A stretch of DNA of 62,756 nt, filler included, from Chrysochromulina tobinii (lineage: Eukaryota): NCBI GenBank assembly GCA_001275005.1. It is 4 parts of 4 records of this genome, joined end to end, with 100 filler letters (N's around TTAATTAATTAA, not from the genome) between each part and the next. Parts side by side here need not be neighbours in the genome. Positions count along the whole stretch, not along the records: positions 1 to 27,465 come from JWZX01001017.1; positions 27,566 to 41,266 come from JWZX01001022.1; 2 more parts are not named here. One strand, given 5' to 3'. The notes under the pieces were generated by a model. That model was not told where the DNA came from. It was given only the letters and a program-made list of their open reading frames with translations, and searched no databases. Position numbers and translations under genes: made by a program. Positions 19,101 through 28,982 of the stretch are shown here, piece after piece (the stretch's first letter is position 1; each line of letters opens with the position of its first letter).

Positions 19101-20272
19101 AGTGGCGCGGCGTCGTGCCGAGCACCGGCGCCGCGACGCCCGCCGCGACGCTCAACCCGACGTGGGGGAAGCACTTTACGCTCTGCGTTCCGGGAAGTCT
19201 GCTGTGGCCGCCCTCGCGAACGCCGCTCACCCTCCGGTTGATCGACCAGCGCCGTGACGCTCAACACAGCGCGCCCGACCTACCGATGGCCACCTGTGAA
19301 TTGCCGCTCGGGGCGCTATTGCTTGCGGAGGAGGTCCTCGCGGTGCACTGCACACTCAACCGGCCGGCGGGCGCCAGGCCCATCGCCGTGCGCGGCGCCG
19401 CCGAGCTGCTGCTCGAGCTGAGCACGCTCCATGTGGGCGCTGAGCAGCCAGACGACCAAGTGCCCGGCGTACCGGCCGTATGGCTGCACGGGCTCGCACA
19501 GCAGAGGCGCGCCGAGATCGGTGCGGCCACGCGGCTCCAGGCCGGCTACCGGGGGCGCAAGTTGCGCCGGTACATTATAAGCCGCCGCCAGAGCCCCGAG
19601 CTAGTTCGTCAGAAGCTCGAAGCTCCGCGCTCGCTATCCGCCGAGGCGGCCGAGGCGTCTCATGCGGAGAGCGCGGGTGGCACGGTGTGCCTCGCCCTGC
19701 GCCGCTGCCCGCACGGCTCGTGGCGTCTCGTCCGACGTCTGGTCCGCACGGTGGCCCCGTGCTGCGAGGCCTGCTGTAGGCCAGCCCTTTCGGGGCTGCG
19801 TGGGCGTGCGTATGAGGTCTACCACAACCGGGCACCCGCCTCTGCGCCAGGCCGCGCCAGCGATGGTGCCGCCGCCGCCGCCAACACCGCAATGCCCTTG
19901 CTCCCTCAGACTATGGAGCGCAGCGACGTGCCGCGCGGCGGCGGCGCGGGTGCGAAAGTGGCGCCTGTGCGTCAGGAGAAGTTCGAAGAGCGTCAGGAGC
20001 AGCAAGAGGTCAAGTCAAGTCAAGTCAAGTCAAGTCAAGCAGAGGCGAGCCTGCGCGTGCGGAACCTCGAGGCGGCCATCACAACGGCCGATTTGAAGGG
20101 CAACGAACCCGCCGCCAGAGGGGCGCTTTCCTCCTCCTCTGCCGGCGGCTTGGCCAACGACCAGGCGAGGCGCCGGGAGCAGCTGCTGCGCCTGGTGCTC
20201 TGTCTGCTCTGCTCGTGTATCATCGTCTTCGGCGCAGCGGGCCTGGCGATCTTGGTTGTCGTGCTCATTTGA
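13118..20272 (+). CDS. Divergent myosin-head-like protein with LRR domains, C2 domain, IQ motif and C-terminal TM anchor (2384 aa)
   Basis: Myosin landmarks in order: DLTELPLLHKPALLNCLRRR, LLWLNP, AHCYSLGERA, LQAFGSARS..RFG, EGNFHAYY, NGLHQLCSQYASERLHALF, FVVHHTAGSVLYD, HLLCVVPN, VLRQL, GYPVK, YQLGRT. Then LRRs (LDLRGNAIG, LDVSYNHIG), C2 (TLNPTW), IQ (LQAGYRGRKLR) and a hydrophobic tail. Confidence 0.8.
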   Translation: MSKQSITSLQALWVTASSDQEPEAYLKAFVTGQRSDGSLRCTTQGRSPGERICRLHVDAWPRIADSASMGEEPSDLTELPLLHKPALLNCLRRRLEQDHAFGTWLGRDSLLWLNPCGPTPELWTAKRMRIAAAAAEADDGSPPDAHCYSLGERALRAALGRSGTGAAAGKETLARSQAVLVHGAQGAGQPEVFVLLASYWLWRTTDPYGRAAGVLAGGAGGSGSSKLVSSKLGGSGNGGDAAALLAAGEAVLQAFGSARSRQFASTPRFGRCLRLRLDAQNGSTVSITVSAFGLEASRVCEAASEAEGNFHAYYAVLHQASLRHGAPLATDAERKPMAAGSRSVCAPPRDFAMLRSCAAAADGARRGPEDLERLRDALGTAALGLSGREISHLWCLLEGMLHLSNLVFVDEAAEEYVDEHAKASISSVELHRCAALLGLPSLHALLWEAEVRSMTKLPSPPLSQLQPPPQQPPPRASSPSALAAVRRTAAQAATVRRALMEEIHAHVFQLLNGRLNAALARLLSKHQAGGRNAGTAPGPPSGVASTELLLLSPPPSEILPVNGLHQLCSQYASERLHALFVSTTLVAEQRRYLDECVGWTEVPLPDTRALLSLLDGRVEIEPLAPLPPSPSRRAALTAEGTDGAASSVGGSTGMGGGNGGTPLLALLELHSRAVPSSSIADEATNAALLTSELHRKHPSSAALAHHTASSFVVHHTAGSVLYDARALLSSGRGSGLPYTAKLHFLESSNLLVKQIGEAFLPGAAAVGGTAADGSSLGGAGGIGGVARRAVRSVAANFVHELREILHSCELYELRHLLCVVPNGSEVPHTFEPRVVLRQLDALAVPSAAYLLANGYPVKLPLLAVTGRLRAAAPPSWAALAPRGFVQAIFTACGLRFGRHYQLGRTCALVRTQPRWGGRKLYAQVLALLALPETALKAELAQLHLKSSRLTLYATTIFTYWARRWVRAHRDAPNRPYRAMRAVPVPGAARPSPKTEPLRPGPPPMTPAAHLEASHLHSHLEASAPRGAPQTLADGESLASQPRTRAAVAAEPTMSAEACRLQQQMARQEYEDAAVSEARDARTGRAAAPSLTLAAVEGLVDTAMRASAACPPAWARDPPLGHARCALVRPDASGGMVHTAARSPERHHLHRPAALHWSPSCEDLEADLAGGLATEGSSTPARSMVLAVASRASRALAFGSRAPTNASAPTNASAPTAAALAVSSRSTRPAPSPPPSPPASGGGWAGGGWFAGTIRTLVEFIDGPSGVGEPDQLYHHHSHHSRYHHHHGSPHHHRHRHRCRDGLAHEQLYERTPRGASHHASHHELLEDVLHRREQQQQQHGAAWLRSPPSVAFADWDGDEEAIRLDDEEAVPVIQGAWHSAGNTGTTLAGSKSWAPWWATTMDPRHGERHGERRGVPERYPLHRDGASAAGETPAAKVAPRRASSVQADGRGRPRGHGHPRGSIRLYPAAWEDEEEDDVEDVVEGSKAVALEQLRPDYCGARSAVDSIGVAQEWQPVSTNDAADLSPPGSPPKRSVRGRIGRAAGGEAADVRTLAATLRAWDRPTLVGAHLPALVALSDAPKAIALSALLPSRTLTSLTLRDCQLGERCALAIGQLLAMGVPLAFLDLRGNAIGERGLAAVSSGIQEGVPLAELKLVHAMPHPFSEAALDCLHAAASRCTVLISIHLGEVSTAAAGSGGSLAKLQRALLLNVEAASAASRPAMAWGHESFTCTANGDTDVHALAPSTELEPLPMPSPPPSPPNVAQQSGESADSVAAPLAAPNGCERSHPAPNGCERSHPAPNGPRPTAQFAPATVPVGALSADASADKPSTLGGQADGLSSVLGALARGGLRTLKLTHDAAAARAPPARQIELLRALSNCRTLRIAQLVNVGLGDSWGFALAAALPRLRSLRILDVSYNHIGSGAARAIAVALPSNHSLVWCQVLPQWLPLDRAAELALGAALAPRRIKLDLHVRAAKGVVSAGGDVGEPSVRFEWRGVVPSTGAATPAATLNPTWGKHFTLCVPGSLLWPPSRTPLTLRLIDQRRDAQHSAPDLPMATCELPLGALLLAEEVLAVHCTLNRPAGARPIAVRGAAELLLELSTLHVGAEQPDDQVPGVPAVWLHGLAQQRRAEIGAATRLQAGYRGRKLRRYIISRRQSPELVRQKLEAPRSLSAEAAEASHAESAGGTVCLALRRCPHGSWRLVRRLVRTVAPCCEACCRPALSGLRGRAYEVYHNRAPASAPGRASDGAAAAANTAMPLLPQTMERSDVPRGGGAGAKVAPVRQEKFEERQEQQEVKSSQVKSSQAEASLRVRNLEAAITTADLKGNEPAARGALSSSSAGGLANDQARRREQLLRLVLCLLCSCIIVFGAAGLAILVVVLI

Positions 20273-20459
20273 GAAGAATGTCAGAGGTTGTTTTCACATG
20301 TTTTCACGTTCACAGGTCAAGTGTTTGGCCCACACGCAAGGGGGAGCGGCTTCCGCAAGAGTCTCTGTACCGCGGTTTGGCTCTCAAAAAGCTCTCACCT
20401 CCAAAGACGCGGGCGACCGCACACCCACCCGCGGGGAACCGCATCGCACCCTGCGCATC

Positions 20460-23400
20460 ATGACCATAGGCTACTTCTTCGCCTTGGGCTCGGCGTTTTT
20501 CAATGGCATCTTCGTGGCGTTTATGAAGATACCGTCTGTCGCAGCGACCAAACTACATCCGGTGCTCTTCAATGGGTACGTGAGTCTGGGCGTCTTCCTC
20601 TCATCATGGCTGGTTGTGCCTTTCTTCCAGCTGGCCGGCACCTCACTTGCATTCACGTGGTTTGGCTTCCTGGCCGGCGCGATCTTTGTGATCGCAAGCT
20701 CATTCAGCTTCATCGCGGCCAGCAATATTGGTCTGAGCACCGGCCAGGGCGTTTGGGGCGGGACGGCCATCGTGGTCTCCTTTTTGTGGGGCACGCTCGG
20801 GCCGGAGCCCATCTGCGCGCCCGTGCAGTCAGTCGCGCTCTCGCTCGTTGCCGTCGGACTGCTCCTCATCGGTGTGCTCGGCATCGTTAAGAGCGTGCCC
20901 ATTGGCGACGCGCTCGGGAGGCTGTGCGAGGCGCGCGCCCGGACGTCAGCTGTCGACTCGGCGGCAGTGCGGCTGCACGAGTCGGTGGTGGCGTCCGACG
21001 ACCCGGTGGTGGCGTCCGACGACCCGGCGGTGGGCGGTGGTGCACCAGCGGTGGACGGCAACGCGGCCGCGGCCGCCTCCGCCGCCTCGACCCGCGCTGT
21101 CGGCCTCGCAGCAGCCCTCATGGTAGGTCTCTTCGGTGGGTCCGTCCTCGTGCCCGCGTCGTTTGCTGGAGAGGCCTTCAGCGGCCAGAAGGCGATTGCC
21201 TTGCTGCCCTCGTTTGGCATCGGCGCTCTGAGCATGGCGCTGCTGACCACCGGGAGCTGGTATGCAAGGCTGCTCTCACGCGGCGAAGCGCCGCCGCTTC
21301 ATCTTCGGGCTGCCTTGTGGGCGGGCTGCCTGAGCGGTGCCACCTGGAACGCGGGGAACCTCTGCTCGATTGTCGCGATCAACTACTACTCGGTGCCGTT
21401 TGGGGTCGCGTACCCGTTGCTACAAGCGAGCCTCGTCTTCGGTGGGTTGCTCGGTATCTTCGTCTTCGGAGAGCTCAAGAAACGAAAGGCGATCGCCGTC
21501 TTCTTCGCGTCCGCGGCGCTCGTGCTCGGTGGCGCGGTGCTGCTCGGGATGTATGGGCCGTCCAAGTCGGCCTCGCCCTCGCCCATCGCCTCGCCACCCG
21601 CGCCACCAGTGAGGGCGACCCTACTAGCTCCAGTTTCGTCATCGGCGACCCTGATGCCGTCGTGGGCGACCCTAGAGGCTCCGGTGCCGACGCTCGACGC
21701 GGCGAGCGGTGACGAGCCGCCCTCTGCCCCCTGGTCGCCCACCGCGCCGCCTGCTGCTCCCCCCTTGGACCACTTGCTCGAGATCACGAAGGTGATGGTC
21801 ACGGTCACCAGCCTGAACGTGCTCGGCTACTTTCTCAAGCGCGCCTCCGATGCGGGTGCCCGGGCGGAGCGTGGGCTTGGCTTCCTCATAGGGAGCGTCG
21901 CGCTGCCCGCCCTGATCATGCACTCGCTCGCCACTATCGACCTCACGACGGTCGACTTCGACGTGCTCGCGGCCGTACTCATTGCCAAGCTCGGCATCCT
22001 CATCCTGGGCGCCATCATCGGCTACCTTGGGCGTAAGAGCCACGCGGCAGGCGATGGCGCGATGCGCGCGGGTGCTGTGGCCCTCTTCTGCACCAACTCG
22101 GATGACATCGGGTTGGCGTACCCCTTCTTCCTCGGCCTCTTCCCCGAGGAGAAAGCAAACATCCTCTTCCTCCTCTCGGCCGCGCAGGCGCTGCTCATCG
22201 CGCCGTGGTGTTTTGTGCTCATGGAGATAGGCGACGGCCAGGCGAAGGCAAGGGCCAAGTCGAGGGCCAAGGCCAAGGCGTTGTGCGAGCTCCCGCAGGC
22301 CGTCCTCCCGCAGGCCGTCCTCCCACAGGCCGGTGGAGCTCTGGAATCCTCCTTGAGCACTTGCTTCCTCGACTCGGTCTCTTCCCAAGCCGCCATCAAT
22401 GGGATGACGTCTTCGGACAGGGCGCCCAGGACGGCGCCCCCACTTCGAACGCAGGGCAACAAGATCGTCCTGCGGAAAGTGCTGCTCAACGCGGCGCGCA
22501 ATCTCGCGTGCAACCGGCTCATCCTGAGCGCGCTCGCCGGGCTGCTGTGGAATCTCATCTTTGGCCCGGTGCTGCCCTGGTATGCCCTCGAGCAGCGCTT
22601 GATTGCCTCGAGCAGCGCTTGATTGCCTCGTGATTGCCTCGTGATTGCCTCGTGATTGTCTCGTGATTGCCTCGTGATTGCCCCTTGATTGCCTCATGAT
22701 TGACCCTTGATTGTATTTTGATTGCTTCTGAGCGTCTCCCTCATCAGGTATATTGAGCAGCCCATTACGTCGCTCGCGCATATGTCCCAACCGCTCCTCC
22801 TGATCTTGGGTGGCATGTCGCTCGTGGGCACTGGCAAGGCGGTCGATTCGCTTGGCAAGGTGGCACTGCCCGCCGCAATCGTGGCGGTCAAGGTGCTGGT
22901 GCTGCCCAACATTATCAGCGTGCTCGCAATCGAGTTCAGCGTAGACTCGAGCTCCGAGCAGTTCTCGTTCGAGTTTGGGCTCGTCCCAGCCGCCGCATCG
23001 ACCATGGTGATGGTGGGCCAATTCGGCGCATCGCAGGAGCTCATGCTCATGCTCTCGGGTGCGTATGCAATCGGCAGGGCGCTCTCGATCTTTCTGCTCT
23101 TCGTCTTCGCCGCTCTGCTCACGATTCCATCCGGCGAGCCGATGCGCGCTTTGATCACACATACGTGCGTCGTGATGCACGCGCTGTCCTTGTGCGGCAC
23201 GTTGTGGATCGTGCTCCTCGCCATCATGCTGCCGCGCTACCGCACCCACGCGCCGCACGTGCGTGTCATGGGGCTCACGCTTCTTCAGCTCGCCTTCTCC
23301 GCCTCCTTCCTCGCCGTCGGCCAGGACCGCATCCTGCACGATGGCACGAGCGATGAGCGCCTGACACTCTTCACCATCGTCAACTCGTTTCGCTGGGCAG

Positions 23401-24485
23401 TGGACGGGTGGCTCTTGGTCGTCACATGGGCTCAAGCACGCGAGGCTGGTTTGGGGCCCGGGGCCCGTCGTGTCGGCCGGCATAGGCCGGAGGCCGAGAC
23501 CGCCTTCCTCTCTGCTCGTGTGTGGCTGTGGTATGCGGGCCTATCGGCCGCGCTGTCGGGGATTGCCCTTTCTTCTCTTCCGTGGCTGCTCGGCGGCATC
23601 CCGTACCCAAAGGACCCACCCGTTCCGCTCTGGATACTGTATGATTCACAGATGCTCACGTATGCGATCGTGTACTGCATCGTCGCGGCGGTGGTGTTCG
23701 GGCTGCTCGCGCTCACCATCGTGCGCGCGCGCATTTACGAGAAGATGAGCCGCTATGAAGCGGCCTGGGAAGAGCTCGGTGGTTCCGCCAACGCCCCGCC
23801 AAGCCCGCTCGTCTGGAGCGAGCACGTAGCCACGCGCGCGTGCGCCAACGAGCAGCGGACTCCGCAACAGGAGGCAGGCGGATGCCTCAACGCGACTTCG
23901 GATTCCGCAGCTCCTTCCGCAGCTCCTTCCGCAGCTCCTTCCGCAGCGCGAGAGGAGCCTGGACCTGAAGAGCCGTCCGAGACGGGCGCCGAGTCGGGCG
24001 CATCGTCTCGGGCGGCGGCGGCAGCGGCGGCAGCGGCGGCGTCGGCGGCGCACTCCGGGCTGCAGCTGCGGATCGGCATTCTCTGTGCATGCGGCCTTAT
24101 CCGATTCGTGGCGCAGGGGGTCTTATGCCTCAAGCTCTGGGAGGATGACCGCATCGCGGGCACGCCTCAGGGCTTCATGGAGATCGAGGGCTACATCGCG
24201 CAGCTGCTGATCGTGGTCATGGTCTTCGAGGACGGGCAGGGCTTCTGGACCTTCCTCATGTTCGGCATGCCGCCCGAGTTGCTCGCGCTCATCCAAAGCG
24301 CTCTGAGTCGCTCGTATGCAAAGCTCAAAAGGCTCTTCCATCAAGGCATCCGGCACACCGAGACTGGCAGGGACCTCTATAACCAGACACAGAGTGACGA
24401 AGACATGTGGGCGCCTCGGACCGCCGACGAAACTTCCTTCGTGCCACGCAGCGACTCGCCTACCATGCGCCGCCCCCCTCTTTGA
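20460..24485 (+). CDS. Fusion of a TMEM144/GRP-like DMT transporter with a GPR155 (LYCHOS)-like PIN-transporter/GPCR-like protein; two exons
   Basis: DMT part: IGLSTGQGVWGG, CLSGATWNAGN, GVAYPL, GLLGIFVFGELK. PIN-like part: ALPALIMHSLATIDLTTVDF..IAK..FCTNSDDIGLAYP. GPCR-like tail ends EDGQGFWTFLMFG. Exons 20460-22579 and 22748-24485 join in frame (PVLPW|YIEQP). Confidence 0.8.
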
Positions 24486-25057
24486 TGCGCGTCGATGCAT
24501 CGTGAACGGAGCTGTGAACGGAACCACCGGAACCGCAGACGGTTACGTCATCCTCGTACGCGTGCACGGCGCCGGGCAGCCTTGGTAGGCCACCGACGTG
24601 CGCGAGATCCGGTGTGCGGAGCGCTCTCGTCGATCTCGGCTTGATCATCCTCGTGTGAGTCCTGTGTGTGTGCCATGCACCCGATATCGTATGCACCCGA
24701 CCCCGCGCACCGGAACGGCGCGAGCTCGGGGGAGATGACGGGACATAACGAAAGTGGGCCGTGCGTGACGACCGCCCGTGGCGCGTCGCGTGTGCGAGAA
24801 GCCATTGTACAACTCACCTCTCTCAGTAGCTACTGGCAGTACGCACCGAGTGACAACCGAGTCAGAGGACTCACGTTTTCGGTTTTGTAATCAATATTAT
24901 CAGTAATCACATTGATACATCACCGATCACGACCGGAGCGCGGAGGCCGCCTATACACGCCATATTGATATTCCACTCGACCAGACGACACAGGGTTAAC
25001 GTAAGGGAAACGCAGTCGTTACGACCGTACGCTCTGGCTACGGCTTTACCTCCTCCT

Positions 25058-27465
25058 CTACTCCTCCTCCTCTTGCTCTTCCTCAGGGGCCGCCATGAGC
25101 GATCGGATGAGGCTGTCCGCGCCGATGATCTTTTTGACCGACTTAATGGATTTACTCCACTTGCCCGGGCCGGCACCTCCCGAGCCAGCTCCCGCAAAGA
25201 GGGCAAGCACGCCGGTCGCCTTGGTGTCGCCGATGGTAGGTGCCTGAGGCTCGGGCTCGGTCGCAGCAGCAGGTGCGCCGTCCACCTTCGCCGGGCTCGA
25301 GCCCTTCGCAGAACGTGGACGTGGGGAGGGCGTCCGACGACCCGGTGTGAAAAGCGTAGTGACCGTCGACATCGTCTTGAGGTCGTCAATCTTCAACGCC
25401 TCGACATGCTCGAGGCCGCCCTTGCGTTGGATCTCGATCTTGCGCCTTCGCAGGATTCCCTCGATCAGCTTGAAGTTCGGCACGTCCGGGTTCTCGCCGC
25501 TCGTGGCCGTCTGGTACAGTGCGAACAGCTCTTTCTCCGGCAGCTCGGGCGACGCATTCATGATGCATCCGGCGAAGACGTCGAAGCTCTCCTCCCCACC
25601 GGCCGCTTTCACCCATGTCTTGTAGATGCCAGTGAGGATCTCGGCGTCCTTATCTTGCTGCCTGAGCATGCCCTCCACGGACAGGTCCAGAAACTGGAAC
25701 AGCGTCAGGTGCCCTCGGGAGTCCAGATCCGGCTTCCCGAGGTACTGCCTCTTGTAATTCGGAAAGGGCAGGTCGTTCTCGTCCTTTATCTTTGCTTTGG
25801 CCTTCTGATTCTGGGTTGCAGTCTGCAGGATCATACGCTGGAGTCGATCGTGGAGGTCTTTGTGACTCTTCTCGAACATGCGCTTGATCGTGTTGAGGCA
25901 CACAAACACGGGCACGGAGATCTGCGTCATCGAGCCGATCATGTTCCAGAAGGCACCGATGCTTTTGAGCCCGAGCGTGTGCTCGTCTCCTATCGTCTTT
26001 GAGATACCATCGAGCATGTCAATGTAAAACTCGAACTCCTCGTTCGGCGTGCGCTCCTCAACCGGCACGCCGTGCCACGAGCCTTTCCAGAAGGGCATCA
26101 GAAATGGCTCGCCCTCCGTCAGACCCTTCTTCTCGTCCTTGCGGTAGCGCTCCACGCGCACGCCGTACAGGAACTCGTTGATGTTCTTGATCGCGAGCGA
26201 CTTGATGCCGTACAGCACCATAAACTGATCGGGGATGAACTCAGGGAATGGCTGGCGATCGCGCTGCTGCTTGTCGGCCTCGATGTTGGCCTCAATCTTG
26301 ACCTGGTAGAGCGCCGAGAGCAGCCGGCGGCACATGAGCACGTTCATCGCCTTGACGTCCTTTCGGTTGAACTTGATCTCGCACAGGGAAGTCACACACG
26401 ACGTTGGCATCATGCGTTTGCCATCGCCGCCATCACCGCCTACCTCCTCGACCGCACCACCTCCCGAAGGCCTTTGGCTCATCGAGACCATCGACTGCCC
26501 CGCCTGGCACCCAATATCAGCGGTATCGTCGCCGCCTGCGCCGCCGCCGCCCCTGCGGCCGCCGCCGCCCCTCTTGGCAAGCTGCCCCTCAAGTCGCTGC
26601 AGCTCGATGAGCTCCTCGGGCGTTAGCTCGCCCGCCGCCTGCCGTCGCTTTAGATCAGCGAGGCGCGCCGCCAGCTCGTCCTCCTCGGCTGTGCCGCCGC
26701 CCTTGCCGCCGCCCTTGCCACCGCCCTTGCCGCCGCCCTTGCCACCTCCGTTTCTGTGGCCAGCTAGCAGAGCGCGACGTTCCTCCTCCGTCAGATTCGG
26801 GTCCATCAGCTTCTCAAGGAGCTCGTCCATCCGCTTCTTCTCGGCGTCGAACTCCTTTTGCATGCGGCGCTCCATCTCCCGCAACCGACGCGCGAGCTCC
26901 GCCTCCATATCGAAGTCATCGTCGCTGTTACCTTTGCCGCCCTTGCCGCCCTTACCGCCCTTACTTCCTTTTCCCTTTTTGTCCTTGTCGATCACGCTTT
27001 CGAGCTCCTTCATCCTGGCTTCGAGCCGCCTCAGCTCCTCCTCCTCCTCGGGGGTGAGCTGCCCGAGTGCCTGACGCCGCTTGAGGTCTGCGATGCGCGC
27101 GGCCATCTCCGCTGCCTCCCTCTCGGCGTCTGAGAGCTCGTCGCCCTTGCCGCCCTTGCCGCCCTTGCCCATTGCCGCGTCTAGCTCCTTCATCCTGGCT
27201 TCGAGTCGCCTCAGCTCCTCCTCCTCCTCGGGGGTGAGCTGCCCGAGTGCCTGACGCCGCTTGAGGTCTGCGATGCGCGCAGCCATCTCTGCTGCCTCCC
27301 TCTCGGCGTCTGTCATTTCTTTGCTGCCCTTGCCGCCCTTACCTCCTTTTCCCTTTTTGTCCTTGTCGATCACGCTTTCGAGCTCCTTCATCCTGGCTTC
27401 GAGTCGCCTCAGCTCCTCCTCCTCCTCGGGGGTGAGCTGCCCGAGTGCCTGACGCCGCTTGAGGT
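25058..27465 (-). CDS. 5'-truncated protein with tandem helical repeats and a TSNAXIP1-like/EF-hand-like C-terminal region
   Basis: Frame open to the contig edge; EMAARIADLKRRQALGQLTPEEEEELRRLEARMKEL repeats. LYQVKIEAN..PFPEFI..FMVLYGIKSLA resembles TSNAXIP1-type flagellar proteins (tentative). Confidence 0.7.
26970..27465 (-). repeat. Near-identical coding tandem repeat (about 130-bp core, 180-200-bp period, at least 3 copies, cut by contig end)
   Basis: Cores at about 27002-27132, 27182-27312 and 27381-27465 are almost base-identical. Confidence 0.9.
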
Positions 27466-27565
27466 NNNNNNNNNNNNNNNNNNNNNNNNNNNNNNNNNNN
27501 NNNNNNNNNTTAATTAATTAANNNNNNNNNNNNNNNNNNNNNNNNNNNNNNNNNNNNNNNNNNNN
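27466..27565. other. Artificial contig spacer (N44-TTAATTAATTAA-N44)
   Basis: Same 100-nt structure at all three gaps; the 12-mer gives stops in all six frames. Confidence 0.97.
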
Positions 27566-28982
27566 AACCCCGACAACTGGCCCGATGGCCCGTACGCTCG
27601 CAACTGCCCCGACGAGAAGACCGAGTACACCGTGGGCGAGTTCAACTGCTCGTGCGTCGGCATCTCCAAGTTCCAGGCCGTGTGCGGCGGCGAGAAGACG
27701 CTCGCCGACGTGCCCGACGAGGACTACTTCGACGCGTGCGAGCTGACCGACCTCATGGGCGTGAAGGCTATCGAGATGCTCGAGAAGGCCAACAAGGGGG
27801 GGAAGAAGCCCGTCAAGGTTGAGGAGAAGAAGCCCGCCAACCAAGCCGAAACCGTGAAGGCGGAGGTTGCTTCATACACACTCCGCGACAAACCTCTTGG
27901 CGAAGGAGTATGGGGCACTGTCTACCACGGGTCCCGGCTGAATGCTGCCGGCGAGGAGGAGCAGGTAGCAATCAAGAAGCTGGACAAGACGGACAAGGAA
28001 GGCAAGGAGAAGCAGGATGCGAGCACACAGCTCGCCGAGATGGAAAAGGAGTGTCGCCTCAATCAGTTTGCTCATGAGCTCTCCAAGCCTTCGATGTCAT
28101 CCTTGGGCTGTGCCCGAGTGCCGCGCGTGCACAGCTACACAGGTGGCACCGCGATCATGCAGTTTGTCCAGGGCGATAAGCTCGAGAAGTACATCCGCGG
28201 TCCAGGCTACGACGAAAACCCCAAGAGACTGCGCAGCATCGAAGACGTCGCTTTCGCGGCACACCTTCGCTCCGTATGCCATGTGGTGGTCCAAAAGATA
28301 TGCAAGTTGCTGCTGCTCGGCCGAGATTCAGAGTTCTCTCACCGCGATCTCAACGACGGCAACGTGATGATCGACGTCAAGGACACCGCTCGCGACGCCG
28401 TCGTCAAGGACCCAGAGGACATCGATGTCTGGATGATTGACTTTGGAAAGTCGATGGCACTCATCGACGGCGAGCAGGTGCGCGCCGAGCCTTCGCCGAG
28501 CCCACGATGGCGAAGGCTGCGCATGCATGCATGAACACCGTGCGCTGCTGCACCATTCACCGCGCACGCTTACGCCTTTTGCACGGCAGGTCACCGCAGG
28601 CATGAAAGGTGCGTACCAATACAACCCGACGACTGACGTCGTCCGCATGCTCATGAACATCCAATGCTCGTACATCCGAGCCTATTATGAGTACGCGAAG
28701 GAAAAGGAAGTGCCTCAGGGCGAGGTCCGTGACTTCCTTCTCGAGTACATGCCCTTCCGTGCGCCCATGGAGAAGTTCGTCGAGCACGTCAAGGAGATCG
28801 CTCCCAAGGATCCGGATTGGGCGGCTATTAAGGAGACGAAACCGAAGGAATGGCCCAAACCAGAACTCGACTTCCTCGAGCTCGCCCGCACGACACCGTT
28901 GGAGTTGCTTCGACATTACTACATGTCTCCTCATCAACTCGCAGAACTGATGCCGGAGAAAATTCTGGAGAGTCTTCGATAG
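27566..28982 (+). CDS. 5'-truncated protein: C-terminus of a Cj0069/DUF6815-like ATP-grasp domain followed by an atypical protein kinase; two exons
   Basis: Frame open from contig edge. EYTVGEFNCSCVGIS, then LGEGVWGTVY, VAIK, E, HRDLNDGNVMI, IDFG. Intron 28478-28589 joins in frame (GEQ|VTAG). Confidence 0.8.

Noticed and set aside
27510..27521. TTAATTAATTAA as a biological site (also 41311 and 59758)
   Set aside because: It is centred in identical N runs, so it is an artificial linker; gene adjacency across these gaps is not meaningful.
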